Part shown: one piece after another, positions 30,114 through 39,498 of the stretch
How positions within the stretch are numbered: the first letter of the stretch is position 1
How the letters are laid out: every line of letters begins with the position of its first letter
Program-made: the position numbers and the translations under genes
Origin: a virus
Reading direction: 5' to 3' (one strand)
DNA length: 64,000 nucleotides
Virus record (IMG/VR): IMGVR_UViG_3300032224_001305
Span: 1-64,000 of that record
The notes under the pieces: model-generated
What the model was told of the DNA's origin: nothing
Databases searched by the model: none
What the model saw: the letters and a program-made list of their open reading frames with translations, nothing else

Positions 30114-30915
30114 GCAGCTCCTTGAGTTGTTGCGAAGCGCGTTCGTAACCTGGACCAAGCAAAGTGCCGGCTTTGGTAACCCAGTATGCCCCTTTGGATA
30201 CGACCTTCTTAGTCGATATTAGATACTTTAGAAGCTCTAAGTATCTATCTATTCCAGAGTCAGAGAACACATGCACCTGTGTCTTTTTACCAGGCACAGC
30301 GTCTCTATTTCTCTCCACTAAGATGTCTACTTTTCTATAGGCGACCTTACCGTACGCAGACTTTGTTTCAGCTATCTTAAAACTTAGCTTTGCAGTCACG
30401 CCCATATCTGTGTTCAGAGCAGAACGCACTTTATTTACTCTTCCAAGTACGGCGCGTGCTTCGCTTATTAGAACTACTGTGCCACCCGCCTCGTCGCACG
30501 CGTCGGACAGCATATCAATGGTCTCTTGCGTCTCAGTTCTATTGTCAGTGTAGCTTATTCTGTTCAGAGAACGCGCTACGTTTGCGGAGGCTTCTAACGC
30601 TGACGCAGAGTCTACGATTATTAGCAGATTAGGTGTCTGCCGCATTACAATAGAGAACACCGTACCTAAGGTCTTCCAATCTGGGACAGTGGCAATAGTC
30701 GTATCACCAGGCACGCCTAGTTCTAGGTATCTATCTTTATCCAATGGAGTGGTGTGGATAAGTATGGCGGGACGGCCCTCTGAGGCGGCTTGTTTTATCA
30801 AGCACGCCCCAAAGGCCGACTTACCGCTACTCGGCTCTCCATAGATATCTACAACACCAACTGGCAAACCACCAGATAGTAACTCATCTACGGAGTCAAT
30901 GCCGGTAGACTTCAT
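30088..30915 (-). CDS. RecA-superfamily protein, degenerate
   Basis: STGI.SVD.LLSGGLP.G, Walker A GEPSSGKS, Walker B IIVDS, RecA-like C-terminal (GID, KGAYW). Confidence 0.8.
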   Translation of the reverse strand: MKSTGIDSVDELLSGGLPVGVVDIYGEPSSGKSAFGACLIKQAASEGRPAILIHTTPLDKDRYLELGVPGDTTIATVPDWKTLGTVFSIVMRQTPNLLIIVDSASALEASANVARSLNRISYTDNRTETQETIDMLSDACDEAGGTVVLISEARAVLGRVNKVRSALNTDMGVTAKLSFKIAETKSAYGKVAYRKVDILVERNRDAVPGKKTQVHVFSDSGIDRYLELLKYLISTKKVVSKGAYWVTKAGTLLGPGYERASQQLKELHEKGDSQD

Positions 30916-32525
30916 CCGAGGATACTCCCCTTAATAAAGCGCTTCTTTACTGACGATTCACTGGTCGACGCCAACTGCTGTTTGGACGCAGGTATGGCAC
31001 GTGTCTTTGACCACTCTCTCAGCGACTCTATCTCTACTTGCATAGTAGATGATAAAGGCACCATTGATGATATGGCAGAGATCCAGCTAGTCGTAGTGAC
31101 ATCAGTCTTAGCAGAGAACGCGTTATACATAGCACTTACAAAAGACGTATCTATCTCAGCGCCTGAGTAACCAGAGGCTGCTGTAGATATTGTGTCCCAG
31201 TCAAAGCTGGCATCAGCTCTACCGTACTTTGCCGCTACAATCTTTGCGATCTCCATTCTCTCTTTATCGTTTGGAAGATCAACAAAGAACATCGCATCAA
31301 AGCGACCAGCGCGTAGCATCTCTGGCGGCAGAGAACTAACGTCATTAGCGGTAGCTACCACAAACACCGGAGAGGTCTTATCAGACATCCAAGTGAGGAA
31401 GTTGCCGAACACACGGCTGGATGTGCCTCCGTCGTTGCCTCCTGACTTGCCCATGCCCTTTTCCATCTCATCGATGAACAGCACGCACGGTGCAACAGCC
31501 TCAGCAGTCTTTAGTGCGCGTCTCATACGAGACTCGCTTTCGCCAACCAAAGAACCAAACAGTGAGCCGATGTCCATGCGTAGCACAGGCATGTTCCACT
31601 CTTTGCCGATTGTTTTAGCGACCAGAGACTTACCGCAACCAGGAACACCCATCATTAGCAACGCACGCGGAGGCGGCAACCCAAAGTTCTTTGCCTCTTC
31701 AGAGAACGCGTCTGTTCTCTCACGAAGCCATCCCTTCAGATTATCCAGACCGCCTACTACGTGTAAGTCATGCTCTGCGGAGTAATACTCCAACACACCA
31801 GACTTTCTGATGATGGACTTCTTCTCCGACAACAGCATCTGCGTATCTACTTTGCCAGTAGCCACGATAGACATTGCCAACGCTGACGAAACTTCCTGTA
31901 AGGTTAGTCCCACAGTAGTTCTCGCTACAAGCGTAGATAGTTTAGCTATCTCCTTCTCACTGTTCTTATCAGCGAGTAAGTCTTTCAGCGTGTAGTAACA
32001 CTCATGCGCGATCTGCTCTTCTGTAGGAAGATCAAAATCTATCAGCGTTAATACTTTTTCCATACGTGGTGGAATATCCGACTCCGAGTCCACAATGATT
32101 ACTGAAGTAGAATCTCTACGTTCCATCAGTAATTGAGAGCGCAACTCCTTGAGCAGTCTTCCTATTGCGAAGCCACCGCCGCCACCTAAGAAAAAGCCAT
32201 AATCTTTCAACACCATCAAAACGTCTTTAGCACCGTTGGCAGACGCAGACTCTGTCGTAGCGGTCATTAGGTACTTTATGGGTGCTGTAGGATCACCAGC
32301 GTGTTCAGTAAGAACCGTACCCACTTTGTGTGGAGACGTTGATGCAGCGTACTTACAAGCTGTACCAACGCCATATGTCCATACGAGCAGAGCACTATAT
32401 TTATTGTTCTTTGCGATTTCGATTAGATCGTCAACAACCCGGTGCTCCTCGTGAGTTACTACGAAGAGCACCGGATCGCTGGCGCCCAATCTACGCTTAA
32501 TCTGCGTGATTGAATTGTCTGACAT
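30912..32525 (-). CDS. AAA+ ATPase, Ycf46-like (inactive N-terminal AAA plus active AAA)
   Basis: VGGLDNLK.WL, GVPGCGKS, LFIDEMEK, TAN, LPPEMLRAGRFD, GYSGAEI. Confidence 0.9.
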   Translation of the reverse strand: MSDNSITQIKRRLGASDPVLFVVTHEEHRVVDDLIEIAKNNKYSALLVWTYGVGTACKYAASTSPHKVGTVLTEHAGDPTAPIKYLMTATTESASANGAKDVLMVLKDYGFFLGGGGGFAIGRLLKELRSQLLMERRDSTSVIIVDSESDIPPRMEKVLTLIDFDLPTEEQIAHECYYTLKDLLADKNSEKEIAKLSTLVARTTVGLTLQEVSSALAMSIVATGKVDTQMLLSEKKSIIRKSGVLEYYSAEHDLHVVGGLDNLKGWLRERTDAFSEEAKNFGLPPPRALLMMGVPGCGKSLVAKTIGKEWNMPVLRMDIGSLFGSLVGESESRMRRALKTAEAVAPCVLFIDEMEKGMGKSGGNDGGTSSRVFGNFLTWMSDKTSPVFVVATANDVSSLPPEMLRAGRFDAMFFVDLPNDKERMEIAKIVAAKYGRADASFDWDTISTAASGYSGAEIDTSFVSAMYNAFSAKTDVTTTSWISAISSMVPLSSTMQVEIESLREWSKTRAIPASKQQLASTSESSVKKRFIKGSILG

Positions 32526-33724
32526 TACTTAGGCAACTTCTTACCGGCGGAGGTGACGATGCGACGAACCGGCGTCTTAACCACTTCCTCTTCTTCCTCA
32601 GTGTCGTCGCCCAAGTCTTTCTTGGCACGCTTAGCCACCTCGGCTTTCTTCTGAGCCGCCTTCTCTGCGGCCTCCTCCACCTTGCGCTGCTTCTCTGCTT
32701 GCTTGGTGGCTTTCTCTGCCTCTTTCTTCCGAGACGCCTCAGCCTTAGCCGTTTGCTTCTCAGCGTCCTTCTTTTCCTTTTGCGCAACCTTAAGCGCCAG
32801 CTTCTCGTTCTCGCGCTCCACCTTCTCTTCCTCGGAGAGCTTAGGACGACCAGCGCTACGCGGCTTAGCTACCTCTACTTCCTCGTCCTCTACGCTCAAC
32901 TTGTAGTCATTGTCCAGTTCAACGCGCTCCAGTACTTCCTCGTCCGAAAGCTCCAACAGGAACCAACGGATCAGCGTCAGCAATGAATCGCGGTGCGACT
33001 CTTCGATGTCTAGCTCGTCATCGGTGACCAGCGCTTTACGAAGCAGCATGATGTCTGTCTTCGTGCGGTTGGTCGCTTCTTTCTTCTTGGTGTCTTTCTT
33101 CTCGGTCTCGCCGCGACCAAGCATCTTGTTGAGAGCTGCCACCTGTGCGTCTACGTTGGGTACACCCTTCTTAGACAACACCGCCAACTCACGCGCCTGC
33201 TTCAGAGTGATTAGCTCTTTACGCAGCGCATCCTTAGCCTGCGGACAAAGCTGACGGTGCAGCGCCAAGTGGCCGCTGACCCATGACTGGCTCTTACCTA
33301 GAACCTGACCCACCTTCTCCTGATTACCGATGCGCTCCATCAAGCGACCTACCGCGTCAGCGGCATCCGCAGGATTGAGATCCTCACGTTGTACGTTCTC
33401 TGCGACGTTCATCGTGAGTGCGCCGTCTAGGTCACCCTGGTAGACGGTACAATTGATCTCCTGATACATCTCGTCAAAACCGTCGACCTCGTCAATCAGC
33501 TCTTTGATTGCGTGTAGACGACGATGACCAGCGATGAGCAAGAAAAGCTCTTTACCCTCTGCGTCCTCCGTCTGCCAAACCATCGGAGCAGTCAGCAGGC
33601 CGTTAACCTCGATGCTCTTCTTGATCTCCGTCAGATCTCCGACGCTGGTACGACAATTAGTAAAACCGGGATACTCGGTTTTGATTTCGCTCAATGGTAT
33701 TGAAAGGTGCGAGTACTGCTCCAT
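32525..33724 (-). CDS. ParB/Spo0J-family protein with charged C-terminal tail
   Basis: ATG at 33724 after GAGGAG; L..SI..NGLL.AP.V, IAGHRRL.A, ENVQREDLNP, HTH (QEKVGQVLGKSQSWVS). Confidence 0.85.
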   Translation of the reverse strand: MEQYSHLSIPLSEIKTEYPGFTNCRTSVGDLTEIKKSIEVNGLLTAPMVWQTEDAEGKELFLLIAGHRRLHAIKELIDEVDGFDEMYQEINCTVYQGDLDGALTMNVAENVQREDLNPADAADAVGRLMERIGNQEKVGQVLGKSQSWVSGHLALHRQLCPQAKDALRKELITLKQARELAVLSKKGVPNVDAQVAALNKMLGRGETEKKDTKKKEATNRTKTDIMLLRKALVTDDELDIEESHRDSLLTLIRWFLLELSDEEVLERVELDNDYKLSVEDEEVEVAKPRSAGRPKLSEEEKVERENEKLALKVAQKEKKDAEKQTAKAEASRKKEAEKATKQAEKQRKVEEAAEKAAQKKAEVAKRAKKDLGDDTEEEEEVVKTPVRRIVTSAGKKLPK

Positions 33725-33821
33725 AACGTAACTCCTCAAGTTGTTTTGAATTTCTTGCGCTGAACGGGTGGTAGCCAGGGTTTCTCAGCGCGCCTTGTTT
33801 TACTCTTCTAGTAATCTACCG

Positions 33822-34310
33822 TCAACTCGCTGCGACTAAATTTTCAGCAAGCTTGAAGATGCAAGCACGTATATCCGATACTGCTTGCTTGCTAAGTTTG
33901 GCCGTACTGATACCTTCAAGATCGGTATGGACAATCCTAACTAGATCGTCCACGGCAATACTAATAGCGACTCTTTGTGTACTCAGCGTCGTGCCCGACG
34001 CAAGCCGCTCAAACTCTCCGCGCTTTCGCGTTGCTTTTATTTGCTCTGATATACTGTTGATTATATCTGGGCGATCTTCTGGCTTTAGATCGAACAGCGC
34101 TAGCCACTTTGTCATTAACTCATACGAGGGAACTCGCTTGCCACTCTCAACAAGTGATACAGCGCCTGAAGAAACACCTAGCTTTTCAGCCAGCTGTTGT
34201 TGCGTCAGTTCCCTTTCCACACGCAACGTTGTCAAACTTACTCCGTAATAGACAACTCCACTAGCTATTGTTTTATTCCGTAATCGCGTCCGTTTTTGCG
34301 GATTGCTCAT
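33822..34310 (-). CDS. XRE/Cro-C1 family HTH regulator
   Basis: LRVERELTQQQLAEKLGVSSGAVSLVESGKRVPS. Confidence 0.85.
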   Translation of the reverse strand: MSNPQKRTRLRNKTIASGVVYYGVSLTTLRVERELTQQQLAEKLGVSSGAVSLVESGKRVPSYELMTKWLALFDLKPEDRPDIINSISEQIKATRKRGEFERLASGTTLSTQRVAISIAVDDLVRIVHTDLEGISTAKLSKQAVSDIRACIFKLAENLVAAS

Positions 34311-34653
34311 GTAGTGCTCTCGCTTCTGCAATACGCTGGTACTCGAGTATGAACATCACACCTGAGTAAGGTCTAGCGCCTTTGGACGTTTTCTCTTGTT
34401 CTAGGCGTTGCTCTAGATACATACCCAGAAGAGTAGCAACAGCGGGATCTGGGTCATCAAGGGAAACTGGGATACCAGCTACACGAAGTATGTCTAAAAG
34501 CATTTCGAGGGATATATTACCGTTTATACTTTTGTAGAAAGCGGCTGAAGATATTCCAAGCTGGCGAATTATTTCATAGTTTGGCATCTCCGAGCGACTT
34601 ATCAGATATTTTATCTGCTCTGCTAGTGTCACTCTGTCCACCTCATATAACAT
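34273..34653 (-). CDS. Cro/C1-type HTH protein
   Basis: EIIRQLGISSAAFYKSINGNISLEMLLDI. Confidence 0.65.
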   Translation of the reverse strand: MLYEVDRVTLAEQIKYLISRSEMPNYEIIRQLGISSAAFYKSINGNISLEMLLDILRVAGIPVSLDDPDPAVATLLGMYLEQRLEQEKTSKGARPYSGVMFILEYQRIAEARALHEQSAKTDAITE

Positions 34654-35046
34654 TTCTAGTTTTGTTAAACTAACTGTCTCGAATCATCAACTCTCTACCA
34701 ATTGGTTGGTAGAGTGATAATCATTGCACTTTTAAAAACACCTCTCTACCTCTTAGTTTGTAAACATTACTAGTAATGTAAAACTGAGGGTAACGAAACA
34801 ACAACTCTCTACCAATCAGTTAGTAGAGTGAATTTCATTATAGATTTTTATCTGAAGAACAAACCTCTTGGTTTGCAGTCTAACTTACTATACCTCTAAT
34901 CAACTAATACTTAACATTACTAGTAATGATTACAAACTAAGAGGTTAGTAGTACTAGAAGAAAAAGTCAATAAAATTGACTCTACCAACCTGTTGGTAGA
35001 GTTTTGTTGTTTCGATAGTATCGATTTTACAAAACTAGAAATGTTA
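34648..35046. repeat. AT-rich non-coding element bounded by 18-bp perfect inverted repeats, with nested palindromes
   Basis: TAACATTTCTAGTTTTGT (34648-34665) / ACAAAACTAGAAATGTTA (35029-35046); three CTCTACCAA-N4-TT[GA]GTAGAG; two CATTACTAGTAATG. Confidence 0.9.
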
Positions 35047-35048
35047 AG

Positions 35049-36062
35049 TTAGAGAAGCTTTCGTACCTTGGTCAGCTGATTTGTCTTTGTTCCAGCAGAA
35101 GCTGTCTCAGCCGTTTGGAATTGAGAGACGACAATAACGTTCTTACCGTCGTATACCAGCTCTCCGCCTGCGGCGGTTACCGTCAGCGTGTGCATTATTT
35201 TATCGAACGAAATAATACGCAGAATCGGATAAACCTTCTTTAGATCTTCCAGTGTCCGATACAAAGTATCCGCGTCAGCAGGATTGTTGTTTACCATTCC
35301 CGCTAACGCGTTTGTAAGCTTCGCATACAACTCAGCTAGGTTGCAGTTGTTCATCTCTATGTTTATTGCCTCTATCTTGTGCAGAATAGGCAATATGTGC
35401 ATCTGGTCACCAGGTGGTAACTCAGCCTTCCACGTGATGATGTTTACCGCAAACTGCTTTCTTGCGATCTGAAGATCACCAAGAGTCTCTTCAAGCCATG
35501 ACAGCACGTTCCAGATACTTTCTTTCTGCGCGTCACTGATAGTCGCACCCGGTAGGGTAAGAGCAATAAGGCGCTTGTACTCCTCCAGCCACTTGTTCAT
35601 TCTGTAGTGCAGTTTGTCTAGCTCGTCCGCTAGGGCGGTCACATCAAAGAAACCGCGTATGACTTCCCACTCCAGACGCTCTGCTTCTACCTTGAACGCA
35701 CTGAAATCCTCGGCGTTCAGCGAGAAGTGCTGCCAGATGTAGTACGGTAGACGAACTCGCTTGGTCTTGGGTGGCGGTTCTTTGAACCACGGAGGAACCG
35801 CAGCTAAGGACGCAAACTGCGTAACCACCGCAGCGGTCTCTTCGTCCATCACGCGCATAGGCATGTAGATAACGGCGCCGTCTTTGGTCATGCGGTATCT
35901 GTACACATGGCCCTTCTCTTTTGGACTCAGTTCACTCTTGTTGTAGGGGGCATTGTCTACCGGGTCTCGGTAGATGTTCTTGTGGAACTTTCCAAGACCC
36001 GTACTGTCTCGCCACTCAATGAAAATACCAATGTCCTCAGCGTCATTACGAACACCCTGCAT
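35049..36062 (-). CDS. Hypothetical protein
   Basis: 337-aa ORF with AGGAGG RBS. Confidence 0.75.
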   Translation of the reverse strand: MQGVRNDAEDIGIFIEWRDSTGLGKFHKNIYRDPVDNAPYNKSELSPKEKGHVYRYRMTKDGAVIYMPMRVMDEETAAVVTQFASLAAVPPWFKEPPPKTKRVRLPYYIWQHFSLNAEDFSAFKVEAERLEWEVIRGFFDVTALADELDKLHYRMNKWLEEYKRLIALTLPGATISDAQKESIWNVLSWLEETLGDLQIARKQFAVNIITWKAELPPGDQMHILPILHKIEAINIEMNNCNLAELYAKLTNALAGMVNNNPADADTLYRTLEDLKKVYPILRIISFDKIMHTLTVTAAGGELVYDGKNVIVVSQFQTAETASAGTKTNQLTKVRKLL

Positions 36063-36134
36063 TTAATCCTCCTAGGTAAAGAAGAGAGACACACGTAGAC
36101 AGGCTAGGCCCGTCCACGTGTACTCTCTTCTCCT

Positions 36135-36830
36135 TTAAGCAACTGACTTCTTAACTTCAGACGTGCGCATGAACTTCTTTCCAGACATCTTCATGGCAGC
36201 TACCTCGCCCATGGTGAGGTGATTCGTCACCGCAATGCTTGAGGAGAACTGGTCCCACTCGCCTTCCACGATAGTAGCAAAGGATGGCGGAACGCGACCA
36301 GCCAGAAGTTTTCCGAAGAATGGCAGGGCCACGAGCTTGTGGTGCATCAGGATACCCACAAGCTCACTCTCCATGCCGAGCAGCTCGTACATCGCCATAT
36401 CTTCTTCGGTAGTCTCCCCGGTCACCACCGAGAAGCCGCGGTTGTGCAGCCAAGTGCTGAGGTCTACACCCAGCTCTTCCAGGTCAGCCTCTCGCTGCTC
36501 CACAGTGTAGAACGCCGTGACATGGTGCATGAACGCCTTCTGAAGCATCTGACGACTAATGTCATACTGCTCCTTGGTTCGAACAGCTCCACGCTTAGGA
36601 TTACCGCCATCTACGATGAAGTTAAGTGCGGGACCGTACGGAATACTACCGTTGGCACCGATGACCAAAGACACCTTACAGAAATCATCAGACTCGGTCG
36701 AGAAGGGGCGACCGATCCAAGCGAGCTCATCGCCAATCCTGGTTTGCACCAAGATCGTCTTGGTTCCATTGAACTCGATAGTGAAGCGGACAGGCGACGA
36801 TTCCGTCGCCAAGAAGTAAGGTGTACGCAT
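36135..36830 (-). CDS. Hypothetical protein directly downstream of E1
   Basis: 231-aa ORF, GAGG RBS, followed by a hairpin at about 36080-36131. Confidence 0.7.
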   Translation of the reverse strand: MRTPYFLATESSPVRFTIEFNGTKTILVQTRIGDELAWIGRPFSTESDDFCKVSLVIGANGSIPYGPALNFIVDGGNPKRGAVRTKEQYDISRQMLQKAFMHHVTAFYTVEQREADLEELGVDLSTWLHNRGFSVVTGETTEEDMAMYELLGMESELVGILMHHKLVALPFFGKLLAGRVPPSFATIVEGEWDQFSSSIAVTNHLTMGEVAAMKMSGKKFMRTSEVKKSVA

Positions 36831-36856
36831 TTATTTATACCTCGCGCTATATGCGC

Positions 36857-37522
36857 TTAACGTGCTTGAGGAAGCACGGTGAAATTACGAAAATCCACAG
36901 CTACCTGATGTGGATATTTCTCACTGATAATCCAGCTCACCAACGCTGAGCACATGAGACTTGCAATCCCATAAGCGCAGAAGATCGTTGAGCGAGCCGT
37001 GCACGGTTCTGTAAACGCTTCAGCGTCACTGTGTAGTGATCCCAGATAGTTTGCCACTGAGTCTTTGTCTTCCTTATCGACAAAGAACACCTTGCCAAAT
37101 CTAGAACCCATACGACCGTCGAGATAGATCTTAGTCGACGGATCGTTTAGGAAGTTGGTGAACACAAGCTGACGTGCAGCCATGCTGTCCAAGGCGGACA
37201 CAACCAACTCTGTTCCAAACGCCCCGCCTTCATAGAACTGATCGTGCGGTACAATGGTGACGCCAGTTCCTACTTCTAGGCGTTCCTTTAGAGCATCCAC
37301 TTTCTTCTTACCAAGGTCATTCAAGTAGTAACCCTGGTTAGCAATATTATGGGACTCAACGGTATCAGCATCCCAGACGTGCATTACTCCTATACCAGTT
37401 TTTGCTAGCACTTCTGCAACGTGGGAGCCGATAGAACCGACACCAACGACAGTTGTTGTCATACCTGATACCTCTTGAGGGATCAGTGTAGATTGGCGTG
37501 TGAAATCTAGCTTGACAGCCAT
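36857..37522 (-). CDS. ThiF/E1-like ubiquitin-activating enzyme
   Basis: GVGSIG, WDADTVESHNIANQ, KKKV, ALDS..AR, DGRMG, EPC (candidate catalytic Cys); ATG at 37522 overlaps the JAB 3' end. Confidence 0.92.
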   Translation of the reverse strand: MAVKLDFTRQSTLIPQEVSGMTTTVVGVGSIGSHVAEVLAKTGIGVMHVWDADTVESHNIANQGYYLNDLGKKKVDALKERLEVGTGVTIVPHDQFYEGGAFGTELVVSALDSMAARQLVFTNFLNDPSTKIYLDGRMGSRFGKVFFVDKEDKDSVANYLGSLHSDAEAFTEPCTARSTIFCAYGIASLMCSALVSWIISEKYPHQVAVDFRNFTVLPQAR

Positions 37523-38379
37523 TTGCGTGTCCAATATCCGATATTATCTCGGATCGTTTCGGGTTTCTTCTCAACGTTTATAACGGTGCTTTCCGTCTTT
37601 ACCTGTCTTTCCTCTATTTTTTTAGCCTTTGCCGGCTCCTCTATAAATCTCACCGGAGGCACGTTCCTAGTGCCCTGCCATCCCCACCAGGCAGGAAAGT
37701 CATCGTCGTCATCATGTAGTTTAGTCTTTACCGGCAGGTTGGTCTGAACTCCAGCCTGCCACGTTCTAGTGACCGGAGCAGTAAAGGACTGTTTCTGTAC
37801 GGTGACCACGTTGTGCATACGCTCAACTTTAGCCAGTGACTCTTCTATCCACTTATTAGTAACGGTGCCCTGATACAACACACCGTACGAGCAGTTGACT
37901 ACGGTATTTCTGTACACGCTGTTGTTGTTACCGTGGCTGTTGGGATCATACGTATCTAGACGCAAGTACAGATTATTGCCAGGATCTTTACCAGCTAGCG
38001 CGGCTGCAGCACCACTTTTATTAGTGATAATACTCCACATAAAGGCGCCGTTAGCCAGACGATCGATAGTAGCTTCGTCTGTGCCAGAGGGACTAGCTGT
38101 CATGTTCACGTGGCTGTGGAAGAACACACGCAGTCTAGAAGTATCAGCGCCCTGATTGATCAACTCTAGCTGCAGCAAAGACAGAGACTGGTCGTCCATC
38201 TCAGTGTACACACCAGAGCACTTTTGCTTTGGTACATAAAACTCTTGAACGACATCGTCTCTGCCAGGCAGCAGCAAGCCGAGAGCAGAGATCTCGATAT
38301 CGCATGCCTCGGTAAGACGCCACATCTGTATCCACGCCTTGGGCGTGAACAGAAGCTTCTTCGTTTGCACTACACTCAT
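37507..38379 (-). CDS. JAB/JAMM (MPN+) metalloprotease
   Basis: Catalytic E in EISALG and HSH-x7-S-x2-D motif (FHSHVNMTASPSGTD). Confidence 0.92.
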   Translation of the reverse strand: MSVVQTKKLLFTPKAWIQMWRLTEACDIEISALGLLLPGRDDVVQEFYVPKQKCSGVYTEMDDQSLSLLQLELINQGADTSRLRVFFHSHVNMTASPSGTDEATIDRLANGAFMWSIITNKSGAAAALAGKDPGNNLYLRLDTYDPNSHGNNNSVYRNTVVNCSYGVLYQGTVTNKWIEESLAKVERMHNVVTVQKQSFTAPVTRTWQAGVQTNLPVKTKLHDDDDDFPAWWGWQGTRNVPPVRFIEEPAKAKKIEERQVKTESTVINVEKKPETIRDNIGYWTRKWLSS

Positions 38380-39410
38380 GATACCGTCCTAGGTACGCAG
38401 CCAGAGTTGTTTAGGCCGCTGTTTGTTTCTAGAGATACTAGCGAGAACATATGTAGCTTTGCGCAACAAGTGGGACATGAGCCACAATGTGACACTGCCG
38501 TTTCCTGAAAGCAGTTAGCGCAGAAAATACTCTCGTGTACATGCTCACAACCCTGAGCGGCCGGAGCTACGCCAAGATCGTTGCAGTGTGGACACACGAT
38601 CCTACCCCAAGGACCTTTGGGATCCCTATCTATGAGATTGGTATACGCGCTCGCTGGATTAGCAAACAACAGACAACCGCTTAGAAGTGCCAGCGCGTTG
38701 GCCACGTTTCCATGTAGTAAAGAGTCTGAGATACGTATAGCCTCGTCACCCGTACACACACTGTTGTTGTAGTTTATGTGCGGGTGGTCGCGAAACGTCG
38801 TAACAACATCGTTACTATCTTTAGCAGTGACCTGTAGATTAGCGCCGTATCTCTGTACATCCCAGCCAAGTTTTACTAGGTACGAACCATACTTTTCGTG
38901 CGATTTGAGACCGGTACCTCGCTGAATAATACGGAATACCTTTGTGCGAAACTCTACGTTGATTCTGGGGGGTTCAGTACCACTCTGAGTAGAGACAGTA
39001 ACCGTAGGCACATCAACGGTACTGAGTAGCTCTGAGGCGTTGTCATAGTCAAACGTATCGCACAGATCTTTGTAGCTCTCAAACAGCGCTTTATTTTTAA
39101 TGATATACTGAATAGCTTTTATAGTGCTTTGGTGACGGTCATTAAGCTCATCAGACTTGCGTTCGGCGTAGTAAACTTCGTCAGCAAGTGCTTGTTCCTT
39201 TGTTGTGATTAGTCGAAGCTTTTCTTTAAGCTTTTCCTTCTCTTCTTTTATAGCGTCTATAAACGCCTGCTTCTTCTCTTTAACCTCCTTGAGTTCGGCG
39301 TCAGCAGTGTCGACAAGCTTCTTAGTCTGCTCCGCCTCTACCCGTTTTGACTCTATGGTACTGTCATCTACTTTGAAACAGCCCATCAAACGCGTTTTCA
39401 GTTCTGACAT
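38376..39410 (-). CDS. Prokaryotic E2-like protein with N-terminal coiled coil and C-terminal Cys/His-rich Zn-binding region
   Basis: HPHINYNNSVCTG (E2 HPN/HPH...C active-site pattern), NP.SAY; tail CPHC..CEH.H..CANC..CGSCPTCC..H. Confidence 0.78.
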   Translation of the reverse strand: MSELKTRLMGCFKVDDSTIESKRVEAEQTKKLVDTADAELKEVKEKKQAFIDAIKEEKEKLKEKLRLITTKEQALADEVYYAERKSDELNDRHQSTIKAIQYIIKNKALFESYKDLCDTFDYDNASELLSTVDVPTVTVSTQSGTEPPRINVEFRTKVFRIIQRGTGLKSHEKYGSYLVKLGWDVQRYGANLQVTAKDSNDVVTTFRDHPHINYNNSVCTGDEAIRISDSLLHGNVANALALLSGCLLFANPASAYTNLIDRDPKGPWGRIVCPHCNDLGVAPAAQGCEHVHESIFCANCFQETAVSHCGSCPTCCAKLHMFSLVSLETNSGLNNSGCVPRTVS

Positions 39411-39421
39411 TGCTGACCCCT

Positions 39422-39472
39422 AAAAACGCGAGAGGGCACCACATACTAGATGTATGCAGTGCCCCCTCACGC
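39422..39472 (-). terminator. Intrinsic terminator/attenuator between Ubl and E2 genes
   Basis: On - strand GCGTGAGGGGGCACTGCATAC ... GTATGTGGTGCCCTCTCGCG followed by a T run. Confidence 0.65.
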
Positions 39473-39498
39473 AGCCATAGACCTACGCCGCTACCAAA

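Noticed and set aside
34648-35046. CRISPR or mini-CRISPR array
   Set aside because: Repeat spacing is irregular (114 and 173 bp), the intervening DNA is itself repetitive or inverted, and no cas genes are present.
36857-37522. ThiF/MoeB for cofactor biosynthesis
   Set aside because: Lacks the Zn-binding CxxC pairs, has no thi/moa neighbours, and is linked to E2 and JAB genes.
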